Made by a program: the position numbers and the translations under genes
In this document: positions 42,068-55,361 of the stretch, in pieces
Numbering within the stretch: the first letter of the stretch is position 1
How the letters are laid out: every line of letters starts with the position of its first letter
Source: Octopus sinensis
Taxonomy: Eukaryota
DNA length: 64,000 nt
Assembly: GCF_006345805.1 (NCBI RefSeq)
Contig: NC_042999.1
Span: 17,856,001-17,920,000 of the forward strand
Reading direction: 5' to 3'
Notes under the pieces: generated by a model
The model's input: only the letters and a program-made list of their open reading frames with translations
What the model was told of the DNA's origin: nothing
Database searches by the model: none

Positions 42068-42339
42068 ATTTTATTATTACATTGAAAGAAGCAAAACAAA
42101 TATGTAGGGTATGAATTTACTTTACGTATAATACTATAGGCAAAATGCCTGAACTGGTGCGTATCTTATTGACTCAGAGATAATTAAAGACAATATTCAT
42201 CTCCCCGGCAGTTGATCTCAGGACATAATGACAGGAAAAACCAATTTTGTTTGGCGTCCTAAGGATTCTGACAGGCACTCAACTTAAGAAGCAATCTAAT
42301 AATCTTTCCTACAATATGCACAGGATTTCAAATCTTAAG

Positions 42340-42516
42340 AGAGTGGGTATTCGACTAAATCGACCTATATTGCTTAACTGGTACTTGATTTATCGTTCCT
42401 GAAATGAGGAACAGCAAAGTTGACCTCCATGGGATTTGAATTCAGGCCGTAAAATCAGACAAAATATCGCTAAGCTTTTTGTTCGGTGTGCTAAAGATTC
42501 TGCAAGCTCGCTGCCT
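42340..42516 (-). mobile_element. SINE family 2 (diverged)
   Basis: taactggtacttgatttatcg..gatttgaattcagg..gctaaagattctgcaagctcgctgcct matches 16283-16515. Confidence 0.75.
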
Positions 42517-44910
42517 AAATAATCAACTTTAAAATTAAGACAGTTCCCTCCGTAGCCTTAAAGTATACAGCATGGAGGAAGAAACACATCCTTATTAATC
42601 CCTTAAACAAACAAGAAAATCTGCCAAATATTTCTATGGTTACGCATCGAAAATTTTAAATTAAAAGCCTGGCGGAAAAGGAAAATCCTTATATGATGTA
42701 TTACCATTAAATTTTGAAGGTCATTGAAATGGAAGAATAGTTTGATATCTTTCTTGGCAAATTTCCAATTTTTGATATTTGCCAATTAGTGTAAAGAAGA
42801 TAATATCCTTATAAACAAAACCGTATATTATGTCTCTGCCGGTTAGAGCGAGGAAGATTTGAAAAGTATTTTTCCTTTAGAATTTCCTAGCTTTATTTTT
42901 ATACGATAATATCGAAGAAGATTTCAGGAATGTTGTCCATAATATATAAAGTCTGACGAAGGCTTATCAGGCCGTAACGTTGCTGTCACTGTCATCAACA
43001 CTTGTTTAAAAATAAATTTCATTTACATATTTTCAGTGTTACTTGACTGACGCTCTATGTTATTGAGTCTAGAAACTATTATAGTTTCCATTGTACTTCA
43101 AAGATGTCTTTTAATTGAATGTGGTGAGTACAAGACAGTGTAGAAATTGCAAGCAAATAATGAATGTTCTATGTTAAGCACGTGGACCCTTTGCAAAATT
43201 AAATCAGTGATACTTTGATAAGTCTTTCTCACATAAGCATTTTCCCATTTCTTATAGTGTCTTGGGTAGGTCATTACCAAGTGATATTGAACAAATGAAG
43301 GTGTAATTATTAATGGCATGGTGACCCTTCGAAGACATAGCAAGATTTATTTCAACACATGAATTCGCATCACGAATGTTGCAAACCAACTACAAGCCGA
43401 AGGGTTTTTTCATATAGTTTCTCAATGAATTCCAGAACGAATACAAAGGGCGCAGCGTGATATCTAAGCAGAGTGTGGTCATACATCTGATAAAATGGAC
43501 AACAATGCAATAGAAAAGAACGAACTTCTAAACTTGCTAGTGGTAAATAAAAAGCCATCTTGAACAGCATTTAATTTCTGTTTCAAATTCTTGTATATAG
43601 CTAAAAGACGAAATCAAACATACAATAATTCTATTTCCTCTTAACTATAAGATCTCTGCAACACTAAAGGAAGTTGTTCGATAAGTATTCAAGCAGTTAG
43701 ATGACTTGAATAACTGTGAATATTAGACACGAGGACAAATTCCTGAGAATGGCATAAAACAAACAGATCGCATAAACCCTTCACTCAATTTCAGGTAGAT
43801 GAATTTCCAAGGCATTTAAATGTTTCAATTTTATGAGCAGAATTAATTTTAGTATATCATCTGTATTATAAAATCTGTTAAGTTTGTGAACAGCATTGAA
43901 TATTATCGATATGGCGAGAAGTATTTGTTCGAGTTACGGTGTGTCGATGAAGGAATGGTTTAATATCTTGACAACATGCAATGGCATATCAGCATGAATG
44001 AATTGAATAGCGATTTTCATTGCAATCTCAAAAACGAGCTTCAAATATATTTTGTTAGGAAATGCTAATATGTTTCCTTCTGTACCGGTTAGCCATTTGT
44101 AACTTCTCAAAGAATTGGTAGAGGCACGAAATATGCCCCAAAACTACGAACACATTTGCATATGGAGAAATTGATTTCAATGTATTTTGCATACTGCTTT
44201 GCCAGAGTTGTGTATACATTAAATACTTTTACCATTTTTGAGTTTAGGTGACAGCAAGCTAACAGAGATCACTGTATGAGAATGAACTGGCAGATAAAAG
44301 GTTTCGATATTAGAAACACAGTATTAATCATCGTCAACTTATTGGGAAAAGTACGGTATGTACGTATTTCAAATAACTGAAAATTGCAAGAAAAATGAAA
44401 GACTCTTAGCTTTGATAGGTATAAGATATGAGCATTCCTGAAATATGAACTATTTATATGAAATATTTATGAAATTATTTACACCTGTCAAAGATAATGT
44501 CTGAAGCGCATTTAGGGAAGCTGTGTGTAAATGTTTGTCAATATTCATTAGAAGAAATAATGATTGGCAACTAATTTATTCTAGGCCATTCCAGACTGTA
44601 TAAAATATAATGTGAATTTAACGTAAGCGCTTCGAATTATTAAGGAGCGCGTTTCCGTTACCCAACGCTAAATTGCTTGCGCTTGTGAATAATTTTGAGG
44701 TTGAGAAGGAATTTTATCTATTTTCTGCTCTCATTCGAGATACTGCATCATGTTCAATTTAACAGGCCAATGTTATTTGCTAATGCCATAAGCTGTACAG
44801 GCAAAATTACAGAAGTCTGGTATTTTACAAAACATAAATATTACATTATTTCTCTATTTTAAATAATTCTTTAGGAACTAACAACACATCTTGCGAAAAA
44901 TATAAATTAA

Positions 44911-45328
44911 GCGCAGGAGTGGCTGTGTGGTAAGTAGCTTGCTGACCGACCACATGGTTCCGAGTTCAGTCCTACTGCGTAGCATCTTGGGCAAGTGTCT
45001 TCTGCTATAGCCCCGGGCCGACCAATGCCTTGTGAGTGGATTTGGTAGACGGAAACTGAAAGAAGCCTGCCGTATATATGTATATATATATATAAGTGTG
45101 TGTGTATATGTTTGTGTGTCTGTGTTTGTCCCCCTAGCATTGCTTGAGAACCGATGCTGGTGTGTTTACGTCCCCGTCACTTAGCGGTTCGGCAAAAGAA
45201 ACCGATAGAATAAGTACTGGGCTTACAGAGAATAAGTCCTGGGGTCGATTTGCTCGACTAAAGGCGTTGCTCCAGCATAGTCGCAGTCAAATGACTGAAA
45301 GAAGTAAAAGAGTAAAAGAGTAAAGAAT
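44911..45328 (+). mobile_element. tRNA-derived SINE family 1
   Basis: Full-length homolog with (AAAAGAGT)n tail. Confidence 0.95.
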
Positions 45329-45654
45329 AAGCAAATTTCTAGCAACACCTTTTAACTATAACTCACGAAATAAATCATGCTACATTGATGTTTGAAATCT
45401 AGCTTGATCGCAGTCTAGTATTAGTTTCTAACCACCATAAAACACACATGATCATTTTTGACAATCTTAAGATAGATATTCGTTTCATTACTTTCACAAC
45501 AAGACCTTGCTTAATTAGGCTTCCTCTACATCTTCAGAAACTCAGTTAACAATATATGAAAGGAATATCTGGGAGGGCTCATGCAATTTCATTTGTTTAT
45601 ATTGCTGATATTCAATGTATGGATTTTACCTTTTAACCAACAGACTTAAGAAGT

Positions 45655-46127
45655 ATTTTTCTGTAACTAAACACTTTCACACTTCCGACACTGGTAGAAT
45701 GTGTCATATAAAACATATTTTGCTCTAAGTGTTTTTCAGAAAAGCTTATATTTAAGAAAGTTACTTCATGTTAAAGTTGTCGTATTTTCGTAATTTCAAA
45801 CATACAATGACGTGTATTCCGCTGAGTAAAATTACTGCTGTTGTTTGTCAACAAGAACTTCCGGCGATGTATATTTCATTTGTCACTGTTATTTATGACA
45901 ACCCTAACCCTAAAACTTTAACACTAACCCTAACCCTAAAACCTTAACACTAACCCTAAATCCTTAACCCTAACCCTAAAATCCTAACCCTAACCCTAAA
46001 ATCCTAACCCTAGCCCTAAAACTAAAAATCTTAACTCCCTAACACTAACACTAACCCTAAAACCTTAAAGGTAAAACCAGTACAAACGCACGAACGTTGT
46101 CATAACAGTGTTCAGTTACAAAAAATT
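45655..46127. mobile_element. TIR-bounded non-autonomous element with internal telomere-like (CCCTAA)n array
   Basis: atttttctgtaactaaacac / gtgttcagttacaaaaaatt (17/20 inverted match); CCCTAA variants at 45901-46068; inner IR cactgttatttatgacaac / gttgtcataacagtg. Confidence 0.7.
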
Positions 46128-46685
46128 ATTATTTTAAATCTGTCTGTCAAAAGATGGAGATTCCAATGTATTATTTCGATGATCTATTGTGCAAAAACTT
46201 AAATATTTGTGTAATAGAAAATATTTGTAATAAAAGATACACAAACTTTTCATTAATACGTGCCAAAGTTTCTGCGTATATGAAGTACAATTGCTATAGC
46301 CTCTCCTGTACCATCAACGCTAAGCGTTATATTAGCTAATAGCGACTCATGTGCTGCTATATTTCCATTAAATTACTGACTAAAATGCTAACATTTTTAA
46401 ATACATTCCTGCAAGGAACGTTACATTTGCAAGTTATAAGTAAAAGGTTTCAACTCGGCGTTTGGAAAGTATATGTATACACACTTTACATAAACAATAA
46501 AATAGTTTTTTTTTATTAAAATGAACTCAAAAATATTTATTCAACTTCTATAAATACATAGCGGGATTTAAATATTCATACATATGGATGATTCAATTAC
46601 ATATACACTGTAATTGCATCAATTAGGTTTAAATAAATAGATGAAAACGTTTTCAAGAGAATGTAAAATGAAATATTTAACTATA

Positions 46686-46803
46686 GCTCACGGCCATATC
46701 CCGTTGAAAGCACCGGTTGTCGTCCGATCACCGAAGTTAAACAACGTCGATCCTACTGAGTACTTAGATGGGTGACCGCTTGGGAAACCTAGGAGCAGTA
46801 AGC
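46686..46803 (+). rRNA. 5S rRNA-derived sequence (divergent copy or SINE3 head)
   Basis: GCTCACGGCCATATCCCGTTGAAAGCACCGGTTGTCGTCCGATCACCGAAGTTAA..AGTACTTAGATGGGTGACCGCTTGGGAA..GCAGTAAGC, ~118 nt, colinear with eukaryotic 5S including box A and box C regions. Confidence 0.85.
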
Positions 46804-46817
46804 GTCACACATTTTTA

Positions 46818-46871
46818 ATGGCGGTGCCCCAGCATGGCCACAGCCCATGAGCTGAAACTAGATGAAATGAA
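46818..46871 (+). mobile_element. SINE/LINE-type 3' tail appended to the 5S copy
   Basis: tggcggtgccccagcatggccacagc..ctgaaac vs family 1 tail aggcggtgctccagcatggccgcagtc..ctgaaac. Confidence 0.8.
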
Positions 46872-48184
46872 CTATATGAAAATAACGATCGGCAGTTTTC
46901 TTTATCTACTGAATTTTGATTCATCACTTCTGTTGCCACGTGATACGTTTCTTCGTTCTAGACATATATTTTTGGAATATTAACTGACTGATTCACAGAT
47001 TTCCTTGGTTTAGTTTCTTAAACACGCCAGACAAGATGCTTTACCGATTATCTTCCAGCTTTGCCAGCTAAGTCCAAATTCCACTGTCGTCGCCTTAATC
47101 TTTCTTAGTTTAGGGAGTGATGAAACAATTACCATTGAGCACTGGCGTTGATGTAATCGACTACCCTCCCACCCGTAATCTTTCAGGCCTTTAGCTTATA
47201 GAAGGAAGAATATTTTAGTATCTGGAAAGAATGCAATAATCAAAGTAGACATATGTTCCTCAATTCAACAATTCAACTTTGGACATAATTTGGTATTGAC
47301 GATGATGTATGGTATATTTAATATATGTTGACACTCTATGCATTACTCACTTGCGGAATTATTTTAATAGCAGTCAATTATTCATTCCCTTGTTACGCAC
47401 TAATAAATGAATATCCTATCAGATTTCAAGTTACTTTAACAAGTCTATAATACGCTATTTTCATGTTAATTCCTTTAGTACGTCTACCATGTTGAGGTTG
47501 AATAGCTTTCAATGGTTACGAATGGTAGTGTATTCTTGCCAAAATCGATTTAAATGAAGGTAAGTGATTTCCTAACAGGATTTATAAATCTGTTCTTTAC
47601 TATGCTCGAATAGTTAAAAAATAAAGATTATTGATTATATTGTAAATATTATTTATAAAGGAAGTTTCCTCTTTTAAACTATATTCGGAAATCTTCGAGA
47701 TACGATGATAATTCACCTCCTTTCCTACTTATAATTTAGAATCAGTAATTTTATTGAACATGTATTATGGTGGAAGAAATAATATACCTGCTATGGAAGA
47801 TACGTTTCCCTGATGGAGGAGAATGAAAATAAATGTTAAAAAAATTTTAAAGTTTAAGCTTAAAAATGCTGATAAAAATGTCGATATGGCCCTAAGTGAA
47901 TAATATGTGAGGGTGCATCTATTACTGTTACAATAGACCTTTTGGAATATTTCGTCATTTGCATTTGAAATACTAGGCAGAAGCTAACAGAATGTAACGT
48001 AGAATACGTAAGAGAAATCTGAAAATGATTAAAAAATATATTCGCATACATTTATATAAGCCTTTTTCAATGCAACTAAAATAAGCTAAATATGTATGTG
48101 TGTGTATATAAGTATGTATATGTGTAAATATATATATATACACATCACACATATATTTATATATACATACATACATTCATATAT

Positions 48185-48244
<60 letters not shown>

Positions 48245-49785
48245 TATGTATGTATGTATGTGTATAGGCATGCATTCATACATAAAGGCACGCACAAGCA
48301 CACACATGTTTATGCATACATATAATATGCAATTAAGTGAAGTGTCAAATATAAGGATGTATGTGTATACAGATGTATATATGCATAGATACATGCAGAA
48401 ACACATGCAGAAACACACAACGCACATATACATGTATATAAGTATAAATAAATGAACAAACTTTTTAAACAATTGTTTATTTTGATTCCCGTAGTCGGTT
48501 TTGCTCACAAATTTGATCGTAAACCAAAAATCAATGGAGTATATTACATCACAGACATATTTACTGTTAAAGCTATAGTATTTCTTAATTTATACTCCCA
48601 GAGGTCTTTCAGTGGTTCCACATCCGTTGGTTAAAAAACGTGGCTTAGATATTCGTGTTTCACGGGATATTACTGAAGATAACATTTTCAGTTGTTTCTG
48701 GGTTTAATACGTGTCGTAGCTTTCTGGATTTAACAGGTGTTCTTGTTGCAGATGAAGATGCTTAATAAGGCTCATTTTAACTGTTTATGATACAGAATGT
48801 ATAGTGAACTTAGTGGTAGATAGTTAAAACTATAGATACATAATGGAACTGTAGTAAACAAAAAATATTTGAAATTTGGAACTATATGTAACACTTGTGA
48901 GTCCAACTCATTTGCTGTATTGTGTAAGCGAGGAACTAACTATGGCATAGATTTGCGCGACGCTATTAAATTTTTTTTTTAAATGTCAGGAATATATTGA
49001 GCGCAATGAATTATACGTTAAAAGCTTTACCAATATTACGATATTTGCACGGGAGTTTAACTTCATTAAACTTACTTATCTTTGGATTTCTGAATGTGTG
49101 GATAGCTAGCATAAATACCGGCACAAAATATGCTACTATAGTCCGGCCATTTATATATCATATATATTAAAGTGCCAAGTTTGTGTGTATATCAAAATGA
49201 TATACACACAAAACATCAAAATGATGTTCTTGTTATATACTGAGCTAGCTTCGTTCATTTGCATCAACTCGTCAATATACAATTGTATTGTTCACTGCTG
49301 AGCACACATATTAATACAAACATATAGGCATAATTTCTTGCGGAATGAATTTAATGCTACATAAACTGACGGGATAAGCATAATCTTATGGACGTTCTGA
49401 GGCTAAACATGTCTACCATTACGCCTGATACTTCTCGATTTAATGTTTATACACATATACAATACATTTACAGATGCATACATACATACACATGTACAAT
49501 ATATATATATATAAGCACATGGATCCTAATCCTCCCAGAATGTTTTTCCAAAGACTATTATTGAACTCTAAAAGCATAAAGACTCTATAGTGTATTGGTA
49601 TACTTATTTATTAATTTTTGGTATATATGTATTATTATTTTTTGAAAAAACATTGTAATTTTTTTTTCCCCTTCCTCAATTTAAAAAAAAAAATTCTTTT
49701 CTCCTTCCAAATCTTGAAAATTTGCCTTGCATGAAAACCGCTTTCATTTATTTGTTTTCCTATTTAATTTTTCATATACCGGAAA

Positions 49786-50180
49786 GGTGCAGGAGTGGCT
49801 GTGTGGTAAGTGGCTTGCTTACCAACCACATGGTTCCGGGTTCAGTCCCACTGCGTGGCATCTTGGGCAAGTGTCTTCTGCTATAGCCCCGGGCCGATCA
49901 ATGCCTTGTGAGTGGATTTGGTAGACGGAAACTGAAATAAGCCTGTCGTATATATGTATATATAAGTGTGTGTGTATATGTTGTGTGTCTGTGTTTGTCC
50001 CCCTAGCATTGCTTGACAACCGATGTTGGTGTGTTTACGTCCCCGTAAATTAGCGGTTCGGCAAAAGAGACCGATAGAATAAGTACTGGGCTTACAAAGA
50101 ATAAGTACCCGGGTTCGAATAAAGGCGGTGCTCCGGCATGGCCGCAGTCAAATGACTGAAACAAGTAAAAGAGTAAAGAG
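49786..50180 (+). mobile_element. tRNA-derived SINE family 1
   Basis: Full-length homolog. Confidence 0.95.
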
Positions 50181-50252
50181 TAATACCCATTTTTTATTAA
50201 ACTTTACTTTCAATTTAGTATTCTGCCTTATTATAATTTTTCGTCTCCTATA

Positions 50253-50454
<202 letters not shown>

Positions 50455-50513
50455 ATATCATTATTTCTAATTCTCTCTAAAGAAGACCACGGCAGTGGTA
50501 ATGGATATTGATA

Positions 50514-50743
50514 GTTATCGCCAAACTAACATGGCAGTCCAGATAAATAGGTCGAATACTGCCGCTGATTAGATCCCAGATGCCAGACCAGCAAGGGAAA
50601 GCTACTGACCTCCCCTGTTCAAATGCTATAATGGACACAGGTTTGTGTGTCACAGAGCTACCTAGAAGCGATGGCCACTTCGAGCTAATCAACGGCAGCA
50701 TTCGTCCTATTTATCTGGACTGCCATGTAAGCTTGGCGATAAC
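50514..50743. mobile_element. 230-bp MITE with 59-bp TIRs and TA TSD
   Basis: gttatcgccaaactaacatggcagtccagataaatagg.. and its reverse complement (5 mismatches), TA on both sides. Confidence 0.9.
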
Positions 50744-50793
50744 TATGAATGTATACACACACATACACAAACATACATACATACATACGTACA

Positions 50794-50826
<33 letters not shown>

Positions 50827-50949
50827 CATACTTGGGGGAGTGGTCAAGGAGTCAGTGGTAAATTAGATAAAAGAATAAATAAAAGAAAAAAAAGAATAAA
50901 AAATACATAGAAGAATTGAGTTTTAGGTAAATAAGGAGATTCTCACTTA

Positions 50950-51239
50950 TACATATATACATATGTATATATATACACACACACATACACATATACATAC
51001 ACAGATACATATACACACACATATATATATACACATATATATACATATATATATATATCCATATACATGCATATATATATACACACACACATGTATATAT
51101 ACACACACGCTCACACATACATATACACACAAAAATATATACATACACACACATACACATACACACATACACACATACACACACATATCTACATACACAC
51201 AGGCACACACAAGTCCCTATATACACACATATATATATA

Positions 51240-51293
<54 letters not shown>

Positions 51294-51724
51294 GTGTACC
51301 TATACATACCTACACATACACACATATACATACAAATACAAACCCATTCCCTAATTTTAATTTTATTATCTTCATTTATTACATTTCTTATCTTTGACCG
51401 CGGGTCACAAGCATCTTGGTTATCGTCCCCCTGCGGACGACAGCAAGTCCATTTATCTTTCTACTCGAACACAAGCACTCACTGACGCACGCACACTCAT
51501 TCGCACGCACACTCACTCATTCGTACACTCATACGCATACACACACGCACGCGTTATATTCATACATACATACATCTACATACATTCACATATATACACA
51601 TACGTACGCGTACCTACAGATTCATGTCTACACGCTTACACATACATACCTCAATACACCCACAGAAGACTAGTCCATACATATACACCAATAAATATAT
51701 ATATACACCTACATACAAATACAT

Positions 51725-51764
<40 letters not shown>

Positions 51765-51790
51765 GTATATATACATACATATACATACAC

Positions 51791-51869
<79 letters not shown>

Positions 51870-51900
51870 GATAGATATGTAATCCTGTGTGTGTATGTGT
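50950..51900. repeat. (AT)n/(AC)n degenerate microsatellite field
   Basis: Direct reading. Confidence 0.9.
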
Positions 51901-53309
51901 ATGTGTGCGTGTTTGTGTTTGTGTGTGTGAGCGTGTGTAGTTGCATGGATACGTTTGGACTATATGTACGAATGTGTGTACATATCCCCACTTTGCAATG
52001 CAGCAATATTTTCCATTTTGCATGCCCTTTTATATGTGGCTTTCTTTGTATTTCGATACACTCCGATTTACGAAGCAAATTACCACATATAAATACAAGT
52101 GAACGGTATTTAAGAATTTTAATGTTTTATTTGCGCATAGATATTACTGCTTTTAAAAGTATGTGGACGTTTTTCTTCTGGGTAGACATTTAACATGAAA
52201 AATTTTAATTCAAATATGTGTAATTGACATTGTGTAAAAGTTTCGATTATTCCTGACTTTATACAGTTAATATAAATGGTTACGAAAGAATTATATATCT
52301 AGATAGCACCATATTATGAACGAAGAAGTTCCCACAGGTTCACTCTGAACCCAATTTTGCATTTCCTACAGTATAATCAAATCAACATCTATTATGCTAT
52401 TCAAATGAAATAATGTTTTTAAAAAATCTTATATTTCATTCCGATTTGTTAAACAACAAAATGCATTTTCTCAATAATCTCATTTCTCAACAAAATTTTA
52501 ATTTAAAATTCTTGGTATTTTCATCTGCTTGGAAAACACGCAATGCTTAGAAAATCGTTTTAGGTATTTTGAAAATATTCATGTCAGAAATAGGTGAAAC
52601 GGTGAGAATGAAAAATTAAATGTGCCTGATTAATACGGTTTGAAGACTAGCGAAACTATTACACTATACGAATTCTTATCCTCTATTACGTGCATTGAAT
52701 TTATCTGCGGAAGGAGAAATTAATGTGAATGATATTTAACGTACTTTGTTAGTGAACCAGATTCTTTATAGGTTTTCTGTTATCTGAATAAATCTGATAA
52801 TGTATTTGAACAATCGTTTCTATCACAGCGAATGATACATTGTCCCGTTTATCAAACACATCTGAGCGGCAGCAATACTATGAGGTATCTGACCAAATAT
52901 CATAAGCAATTGCCAATATAGATGTGAGGCGACGATTGGTCACGGCAATGTTTACTATGATATAAACCATATCATAGTAAACTTTGTAGTTGACCGTTAT
53001 GGATCAGTGGATGTTAGTCCTATACAATCAGTCTCTGTATCAAACCCACGGAAATGGGTATCTAAGACAATAATGTAAGTCACACAGAAAGTAATATGAG
53101 AAAGTAAAGGAAGTTTAAAACCCATTTTAACGAATCTCAGCAACCTTTAGAAATGAGAACGCAGAGTCGTCGAAAGAATGAAAGTATATACAGCAATAAA
53201 TGGTAAATTATTAGCTAACGAGAGAGAAACGAACTACTTGGCTTGTGCGAGACATTTGTAACATCAGCAGAAACCAGGATGGAATTGAACTTGAAACGTC
53301 CTGAGAAAA

Positions 53310-53625
53310 AAGTGAAATGAATACCTTAGATGGGCAAGACCTAAAAAGGCATCCGCCAGAGATTAAAATTTCATAAAACCTCTACTAGCATTGTCTAGCT
53401 ACTAAAACAGCTTTGGAATTCGTTGAAGATGATGTGGGTGAGAGGAAATGTTACCCAATCGAGGATATATGCGGAAGTCTATACATATCTAAAGAGGATA
53501 GAACTGATAATATCGACCAATTTCGTTGTCTTGCTTTACTAAGCGTGGAAAATAAGCGTTTATTCAGCAATGCGTCCAAGAGTGTCTCAAACATTCTGCT
53601 GTTTAAGAGCTATTGTACGAAAGAG
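53310..53625 (+). pseudogene. non-LTR RT remnant (R2-superfamily, HERO-like)
   Basis: LWNSLKMMWVRG..(frameshift)..YISKEDRTDNIDQFRCLALLSVENK resembles the IPK..S..I.QFR.I.LL.VEGKIFFS RT domain-1 region. Confidence 0.5.
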
Positions 53626-54825
53626 AGATAAACCAGGAGTTTGTAGCTGCCGTGTACTCATATGCATTGCGACAGCGCTCATTTAAGAGGCCCAACGGGA
53701 AAAAGCAGGACATAGCGTAGCTGTGGATCCATTTGACCAGAAGATCCGCTTGACCAGAAGAAGGTTGATGAAACTGTGGGCATTACAGAAGAGAGCAACA
53801 AAGGAGTAATGAAGTGCAATGAAGATGCTCGGGGTGGAATGTGGTAATAGGTGGGTTGTCAGTAGAATGACGGTTGAACAAAAGCCGAGGTTTGACGAAC
53901 CCTGTTCCGAATTTGCGGATGTTGGTATTGTAAGACACATTTAGTGACTCAAGAACACAACACTGATATGTCCGAATATTGGCTCTGTAGATACATGATA
54001 AATCAGAACCGGAAAACTATATCCGCCGTTGAAAACATTTTTAACAAAATATACGATATAATTACTAAACAAGCTTCGCCGCATCTGAATTTATTGATTC
54101 TATATCATAATTTATATTTAGATTTAGTCAGAAATAATTTTAGAATTGTAACAGAACTGAGAATCTGCGCGAGTAATAAACGAATTATCTCGATTTTGAC
54201 AAATATCATCGTTTATAATATCAATTCGTATGATCTATAGTCTTTTACGTTATTTCTGACGTACACAGCTCTCCAATTCTACACTACCAGATGATTTATT
54301 CTTTTATATCCAGTCTACTCCTATGCTTAATTTAGCCATCTAATTGTCTATTCTACATTAACGTTGGCTATTGAATTTGTTATTCTCATGTAAATATAGC
54401 CTTCATTAAATATATTTTGTGCGTTGGTTCCTGCTATTTGTTGTCTCACACGAACTGAAAGTAAAATCAGTGTTTATTGATGCAGTGTTTATGTTCAACA
54501 ATACAAACATTTACAAATGATTATTATGAAACGTTATGACAGAAAATTTACTGTGTTTAATATTTTGAGGCACTCTATATTAATATCAAGCTCATTATCT
54601 TTTATGCACATAATTACTGATTGAATTGTGGCAGTCGTTGCACCTTCGTAAAACAATGTAAAGTTTTCGTAGGTGTGCACCAAGTATTTTTTTGCCACTA
54701 TTGTAAATCGTTAGACTTATCGCTAGAAATGGGGTATTCACCCATTCTCGGATGTGAGGTAAGTTATTTTAAAATACTTAAACTCTCGATTACTCGCACA
54801 CGTTTAACATATTCGCCACGATGTA

Positions 54826-55052
54826 TATTTCTTTGCTACTCACAAGGGGCTAAACACAGAGGCGACAAACAAGGACAGACAAACGGATTAAGTCGATTAC
54901 ATCGACCCCTGTGTGTAACTGGTACTCAATTTATCGACCTCGAAAGGATGAAAGGCAAATCGACCTCGGCGGAATTTGAACTCGGGACGTAACGACAGAC
55001 GAAGTACGGCTACGCATTTCGCCCGTCTTGCTAACGTTTCTGCCAGCTCGCG
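54826..55052 (-). mobile_element. tRNA-derived SINE family 2
   Basis: Close homolog of 16283-16515. Confidence 0.9.
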
Positions 55053-55361
55053 CAGACTTGTTGAAATATTTTGCCTAAGTATCTATCAACTACGAAATGT
55101 TATCGGTTCTTGTATGTAATGTTTGCATAAAATATTGGCATTGAGATATTAAGTCTATGGAATCTGAAACGGTACCAAATATTTTATGCTTGCCCAGGTG
55201 TCCTTCCTCTATTATCATGACCATCAATTATATCATTTCTTCGACATACTTTACCCTTGATACACTTCACATTAGCAAGTGACATATTTGATTAATTGAA
55301 ATGTCGGAGCTTACATTTATTCTCCTGCGATGATATGATTTAGACTACGTATAGGGCGTAT

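Noticed and set aside
46686-46803. Functional 5S rRNA gene
   Set aside because: Single non-arrayed copy, mismatches in helix I and the 3' helices, and an attached retro-tail favour a derived copy; kept as 5S-derived only
47479-47565. Strong donor GAAG/gtaagt with an 81-nt AG-bounded segment
   Set aside because: Stops in all three frames; shows that good splice-like sites arise by chance here
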